IMG/VR virus record: IMGVR_UViG_3300028654_000384
Span: 151,858-215,857 of that record
Length of the DNA stretch: 64,000 nucleotides
Strand: one strand, 5' to 3'
A program made the position numbers and the translations under genes. How positions within the stretch are numbered: position 1 is the first letter of the stretch; every line of letters begins with the position of its first letter. The notes beneath the pieces are model-generated. The model ran no database searches, was not told the origin of the DNA, and saw nothing but the letters and a program-made list of their open reading frames with translations. Positions 59,850 through 64,000 of the stretch are shown here, piece by piece.

Positions 59850-60139
59850 ATGTGCCCGCAGACTACGAGGCGTGCGGTGAGTGCGGCTTTGATCACGGCT
59901 ATGAACAGACCAGCGCTGCACGTTGGCATGCTAAGGATACGATCACCGTCGCCAACAAGTACGTCGACAATGAGAGCATCATGGCGACCAGCGCAGTCGT
60001 CGCCCTCGATGACGCACAAGACCTGTTCGACAAGGGCGCGTACCCCGAGGCGGCCAAGCGAGCATTGACGTCGCTGAGTTACAGCCTGGGCATCTTGTCA
60101 CCCGTTTACCAGCGGGCGAAGGCAAACCTGGGTTTGTGA
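59846..60139 (+). CDS. Phage hypothetical protein
   Basis: CGECGFDH; SA..ALDDA..RALTSLSYSLGI. Confidence 0.65.
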   Translation: MNVPADYEACGECGFDHGYEQTSAARWHAKDTITVANKYVDNESIMATSAVVALDDAQDLFDKGAYPEAAKRALTSLSYSLGILSPVYQRAKANLGL

Positions 60140-60145
60140 GTGGCA

Positions 60146-60181
60146 GTGTAAGTTCGGTGGTGACTGTGGTAGAGTTAGATC
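60146..60181 (+). promoter_or_regulatory. Phage consensus promoter, leaderless
   Basis: TGTAAG-17-TAGAGT-TAGATC-ATG. Confidence 0.8.
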
Positions 60182-60367
60182 ATGGACACCGCAACAATCA
60201 TCGGTCTCTCTATCCTCGCCCTCTTCATCATTGGTGGCATGTTCATTTTCGCCTTCGTGGTGGGCAAAACTTACGACGCAGCGCGGGCACTACCGACGAC
60301 GCTGGGTCACGGTGCAGGCTCGTTTGCTCGAGCGTACGCCGAGGCGAAGAAGGGCAACAACCCGTAA
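60182..60367 (+). CDS. Small single-TM protein, leaderless
   Basis: IIGLSILALFIIGGMFIFAFVVG. Confidence 0.7.
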   Translation: MDTATIIGLSILALFIIGGMFIFAFVVGKTYDAARALPTTLGHGAGSFARAYAEAKKGNNP

Positions 60368-60403
60368 GTGTAAGTCATCACACAACCGTGGTAGAGTTAG
60401 ATC
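60368..60403 (+). promoter_or_regulatory. Phage consensus promoter, leaderless
   Basis: TGTAAG-17-TAGAGT-TAGATC-ATG. Confidence 0.8.
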
Positions 60404-60553
60404 ATGGTGGACATCAGGCAACTGGCGGCTGAATGGCTGCAGGAACACGAGCACTACGAAAGCGAGCCCACGTATGAACAGGACCTCGCCGACCTAGTGA
60501 AGTTGCTAGAGGATGTCCTTGCACGTGCCACGCTGGATGGGATTGGATCATGA
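60404..60553 (+). CDS. 49-aa acidic peptide coupled to ligase
   Basis: MVDIRQLAAEWLQEH...; ATGA overlap with ligase. Confidence 0.6.
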   Translation: MVDIRQLAAEWLQEHEHYESEPTYEQDLADLVKLLEDVLARATLDGIGS

Positions 60554-61944
60554 CTGACAAATCGGTGGTCGACATTCTCGAAGAACTTGAGGCAACGGCG
60601 GGTTCGCTTGCCAAACGCGACGTGCTGCACCAGCACAGGCGCAACGAGTTGCTTAAGCAGGTGTTTGTCGCCGCGGGGGACCCGTACACCGTGTGGTATG
60701 TCAGCAAGGTGAAAATGCCCAAATTGGGTGTCCCGTCGCATGACATCTCCGAGGACGAGTTTGTCAATGACTTCATCAAGACGCTGCGCACGCAGCTGGC
60801 CACGCGTAAGGTGACTGGCAACGCGGCGAAGGCGCTGGTCGAGAGCCGCCTCGCCGACATGCCCAGTGAACTGTGCCAGAAGTGGTGCGTTCGAATTCTC
60901 CTCAGGAACCTGCGCGTCGGAGTGCAGGAGAGCACCGTCAACAAGGTGTGGCCGGGCACGCTGAAGTCCTTCGCCGTCGCTCTGGCCGAGACGCTGAAGA
61001 GCGAATTCGTCAAGGGTGAGGGGATCAAGCTCCTCGAGCCAGTGACGTACCCCGTCCGCGTGGAGCCCAAGCTCGACGGCCTGCGTTGCATCGCCGTCAA
61101 GAAGGACGGCGTGGTGACGTGCTACACCCGCAACGGCACCGTCATCGAGAACATGCCGACGATCAAGGCGGCGCTCGAAGCGGCGTCATACGACAACGTC
61201 GTCCTCGACGGCGAGGGCATGGCGGCCGATTGGAACCAGAGTTCGTCGATCATGATGTCGGGGCGTGGCTCTGACAAGGGACGGGCCAAGGACGACAGTG
61301 GCCTCATCTACAACGTCTTCGACGCGGTGCCTCTCGCCGATTGGGTCGCACAGAAGACAGAACTGACGTATGCTGAGCGCTGCAAACTGGTGTATGAGGT
61401 TATCCTTGCCTGCACTGAGTTCAAGCAAGGTACAAAGTCACCAGTGTGTCAGGTGCCGCACATCATGGCGCAGGACGAAACAGAGCTCAAGAAGTTCTTC
61501 GCCAAGTGCCTTGATGATGGGTTCGAAGGGGTGATGCTTAAGAGCATGGACGCTCCCTACAAGTGGAAGCGCAGCGACAACATCGTGAAATTAAAGCCCG
61601 TGACAACGTTTGAAGGTGTGATCGTCGGTCACTATGAGGGTCGGCGTGGGACGAAGCACGAAGGTAGATTTGGCGGCTTCAATGTAGTGCTGAGCAACGG
61701 CGTCATCACCCGGGTGGGCGGCGGTTTCAACGACAAGGTGCGGGCTGAAGTGCAGCTCGACGGAGCCGACGCCTGGGTGGGCAAGATCGTCGAGATCGAA
61801 GCACAACCTGACCCGCTGACGACTGACGGGTTGACGAAAGACGGCAAGGCCCGCTTTCCCGTCTACACCCGGTGCCGCGATGCTTCTGACGTCGATCCCA
61901 AGGTGTTGCGGGCCTACGCACAGTGGACACAGGAGAACCCATGA
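60550..61944 (+). CDS. lig: ATP-dependent DNA ligase
   Basis: Motif I EPKLDGLRC; VLDGE; YNVFDAV; FEGVMLK; VKLKP; OB-fold ARFPVY. Confidence 0.95.
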   Translation: MTDKSVVDILEELEATAGSLAKRDVLHQHRRNELLKQVFVAAGDPYTVWYVSKVKMPKLGVPSHDISEDEFVNDFIKTLRTQLATRKVTGNAAKALVESRLADMPSELCQKWCVRILLRNLRVGVQESTVNKVWPGTLKSFAVALAETLKSEFVKGEGIKLLEPVTYPVRVEPKLDGLRCIAVKKDGVVTCYTRNGTVIENMPTIKAALEAASYDNVVLDGEGMAADWNQSSSIMMSGRGSDKGRAKDDSGLIYNVFDAVPLADWVAQKTELTYAERCKLVYEVILACTEFKQGTKSPVCQVPHIMAQDETELKKFFAKCLDDGFEGVMLKSMDAPYKWKRSDNIVKLKPVTTFEGVIVGHYEGRRGTKHEGRFGGFNVVLSNGVITRVGGGFNDKVRAEVQLDGADAWVGKIVEIEAQPDPLTTDGLTKDGKARFPVYTRCRDASDVDPKVLRAYAQWTQENP

Positions 61945-62105
61945 CCTACCTCACCGATGAGCAACTCGAGGCACTTCGCAAGTACGTGGGCGAGAGGATG
62001 CACTCAACGCTACCAGCGCTCGAGCACATGTTCGCCGCCATCACCGAGCTGCAGGAACGCCGCAAGAAAGACACACAGGAGAACCCACATGCCGACCAAA
62101 GTTGA
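61941..62105 (+). CDS. Hypothetical protein
   Basis: AGGAG SD; ATGA coupling. Confidence 0.55.
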   Translation: MTYLTDEQLEALRKYVGERMHSTLPALEHMFAAITELQERRKKDTQENPHADQS

Positions 62106-62310
62106 AGACCTCAAACAACCTGAACGCCTGCCTGAAGACGGTACCGTCCGCATCGAGCGCACGGGCAATGGTGGCTTGATGATCTGCGAAGACGGCACCC
62201 ACACCGCCGTCATCCTGAGTGAATTCAACGCTTGGCGCGTTTTCGGTATGTTGTCACTGATGCTGGGCATTCCGCTACCTGCTAAGGTCAGCAAAGCGAT
62301 CAAACTGTAG
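62089..62310 (+). CDS. Hypothetical protein
   Basis: AGGAG SD. Confidence 0.6.
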   Translation: MPTKVEDLKQPERLPEDGTVRIERTGNGGLMICEDGTHTAVILSEFNAWRVFGMLSLMLGIPLPAKVSKAIKL

Positions 62311-62316
62311 GCTCAC

Positions 62317-62541
62317 GTGGTCAAGCCCGGTGACTTCGTGCAGATGAACTGCGGCATGATCGTGTCTGTTTTATTGCCCACTACCTATGGCGAGCCCATA
62401 CGCGGCGTGTGGCTGATCAATGGTCAACTGCGCAATTACACCATCGGGTACAGTCCTGCATTTATGCAGGCCGTCGGCGTGGATGACAGAGGCATCGATA
62501 GGCTGAACACTAGCGAACGAGGAGAACTGTTCAGGTGGTGA
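62317..62541 (+). CDS. KPGDFV subfamily small beta protein
   Basis: MVKPGDFV..GMIVSV..W..NGQLR.Y. Confidence 0.7.
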   Translation: MVKPGDFVQMNCGMIVSVLLPTTYGEPIRGVWLINGQLRNYTIGYSPAFMQAVGVDDRGIDRLNTSERGELFRW

Positions 62542-62753
62542 AGCCCGGTGACTTCGTGGGGGCAGGCGCCGGCATGATCGTGTCCGTAACAAGACCCGTG
62601 TATGATGGCGAGTCCGTTAAGGGCACGTGGTTTGTCAACGGTCAACTGCGACACTATGTCTTAGCGTACTCTTCCTCGCGCGCTTGGGCGACAGCAGGCG
62701 GCGACACCGACGCGCTGTACCTCGACACGTCAGGAGCGCTGCGCAAATGGTGA
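62535..62753 (+). CDS. KPGDFV subfamily tandem paralog
   Basis: MVKPGDFV..GMIVSV..W..NGQLR.Y. Confidence 0.7.
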   Translation: MVKPGDFVGAGAGMIVSVTRPVYDGESVKGTWFVNGQLRHYVLAYSSSRAWATAGGDTDALYLDTSGALRKW

Positions 62754-63055
62754 AGGTATCGCGCCACGGCACGGCCTACGAAGACCTCACCCATAGGATC
62801 TACCCGGGCACGCTAGTCGGCACTTCGTTGGTCATCGCGGTGAAACTTCACACGCCATATACGCGGACGACGTGGGTGCTGCTGATGCAGAGCGACAGTT
62901 CCCTTCGCAGGTACATGGTCGGCCGCAATACGGCAGGTTCATGGAACCTTAATCACCCGTTTGACTTCGTCCTCGATGAGCCCGGTGAGTGGTATGACAC
63001 CAGGTGGGAATTCATCGGTGATGGGGACGAAGCGCAAGGACAGCGATGGCTATGA
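62747..63055 (+). CDS. PGxL family small beta protein
   Basis: YPGTLVGTSLVIAV..WVLL. Confidence 0.6.
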   Translation: MVKVSRHGTAYEDLTHRIYPGTLVGTSLVIAVKLHTPYTRTTWVLLMQSDSSLRRYMVGRNTAGSWNLNHPFDFVLDEPGEWYDTRWEFIGDGDEAQGQRWL

Positions 63056-63336
63056 GGCCGGCGCCTTCATATCCTCGTGTATTGCTGCGACCTGGCGACA
63101 TGCTCGACGGCATGTTGGTGGTGTCGGTCGAGGCCAAACCTGTCATCTGGGACTGCATCACGGGCACCAGGTTGTGTGTTTGGTCGAATGGGTCGTCAGA
63201 GTTCAGGTGCTTTTTTCTCGCCGCGCGCAGACCGACCACCCAGGAACACTTCGATCTTCGTGCGATATTTCAACCGTCTATCTACGCTTATGACTTCTAT
63301 TACGTCGACCACCGAGGTAGGTTGACAACGTGGTGA
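63046..63336 (+). CDS. PGD(L/M) family small beta protein
   Basis: LRPGDMLDGMLVVSV. Confidence 0.65.
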   Translation: MAMRPAPSYPRVLLRPGDMLDGMLVVSVEAKPVIWDCITGTRLCVWSNGSSEFRCFFLAARRPTTQEHFDLRAIFQPSIYAYDFYYVDHRGRLTTW

Positions 63337-63337
63337 T

Positions 63338-63571
63338 GTGATGGTGAAATACCTCCTCGTCAAGCCGGGTGATTTACTACACAATTGCCTCGTCGTTCAC
63401 GTTGACTTTGCGCACGACTACGACATGGGCGTCGACGACAGCGTAATTGTCATCGCACGAGGAGACTGGCTTCGCGCCGACTGCGTGTACCCGTTCGTGC
63501 TGACCCGCCACCATATCATCGGTTGCCAGTGGTTTTCATGCCGCGAGCTGCAGAAAGTGCTGGGACTGTGA
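63338..63571 (+). CDS. KPGDLLHNC subfamily protein
   Basis: LVKPGDLLHNCLVV..G.WLR..GCQW. Confidence 0.7.
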   Translation: MMVKYLLVKPGDLLHNCLVVHVDFAHDYDMGVDDSVIVIARGDWLRADCVYPFVLTRHHIIGCQWFSCRELQKVLGL

Positions 63572-63804
63572 AGCATCTCCTCAAACCGGGCGACTTGATC
63601 GAAGGTCACCTAGTGGTGTCCGTAAACGTTGGGGATCGCTCCTACGCCGTCACCGGGACGTACTGGTGTGAGCGTGAGGTGAGGGCGTTTGTCGTGCTGG
63701 CAGAGGGCACACATCTGTCAGTCTTGCCGGCTGACGACAACGTCGATGTGATGTCGAGGATAATGGCGGGCGCCGACGTGTTCTATGAGGAGATGCTACC
63801 GTGA
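63568..63804 (+). CDS. KPGDL family small beta protein
   Basis: LKPGDLIEGHLVVSV; GTGA coupling. Confidence 0.65.
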   Translation: MKHLLKPGDLIEGHLVVSVNVGDRSYAVTGTYWCEREVRAFVVLAEGTHLSVLPADDNVDVMSRIMAGADVFYEEMLP

Positions 63805-64000
63805 AGCACCGCCTCATCAAGCCGGGTGATTTACTACACAATTGCCTCGTCATCAGCGTGTACGAACCGCTCGGCGTCGGCACCAACGTGGTGGTGCAGG
63901 GTAGGTGGCTGCGTCAGGGACGCGTTGCGGGGTTTGAGATCAGTACGATTCACATCAGCGGGTGTCACTGGTGCCAATACGCGGGCTTAGGTAGTAGGAA
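63801..64000 (+). CDS. KPGDLLHNC subfamily protein, truncated by window edge
   Basis: LIKPGDLLHNCLVI..GRWLR..GCHW; 63813..63851 is 38/39 identical to 63356..63394. Confidence 0.65.
   Translation, partial: MKHRLIKPGDLLHNCLVISVYEPLGVGTNVVVQGRWLRQGRVAGFEISTIHISGCHWCQYAGLGSR

Noticed and set aside
1-64000. Alternative genetic code or stop-codon recoding, as in some large phages
   Set aside because: Long genes are uninterrupted, all three stops are used with tight stop/start coupling, and no suppressor tRNA was seen.

Overview
64 kb of a GC-rich, densely coding genome that reads as the accessory and host-takeover region of a large (jumbo-type) dsDNA bacteriophage. No capsid, tail, terminase or cas genes are recognisable. 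The host is diderm (OmpA, beta-barrel proteins, many lipoproteins) and possibly a myxobacterium (inference). Recognisable functions: RadA-like ATPase, sigma70-family factor, MoxR-like AAA ATPase, ATP-dependent DNA ligase, dNMP kinase, CCA-enzyme-type HD domain, methyltransferase, C39-like peptidase, glycosyltransferases, PLP aminotransferase, EndoVII nuclease, an AT-rich four-gene polysaccharide synthesis/export island, and a cluster of about 18 tRNA and tRNA-like genes. Main structures found: (1) type I-E-like CRISPR repeats, including a 3-repeat/2-spacer mini-array with 29+32 nt geometry, embedded in and translated as the C-terminus of an 8-member paralogous protein family; (2) a sigma factor that stops before its -35 recognition helix, with a separate sigma4-like HTH gene downstream; (3) about 35 copies of one stereotyped promoter, mostly driving leaderless single-gene cassettes, with a 9-5-9 palindrome upstream of 7 of them; (4) roughly 40 small SH3/KOW-like paralogs in coupled arrays; (5) tRNA-like RNAs with 6-nt anticodon loops and a 77-nt tmRNA-TLD-like RNA. 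All calls come from reading the sequence by eye; no database searches were run.
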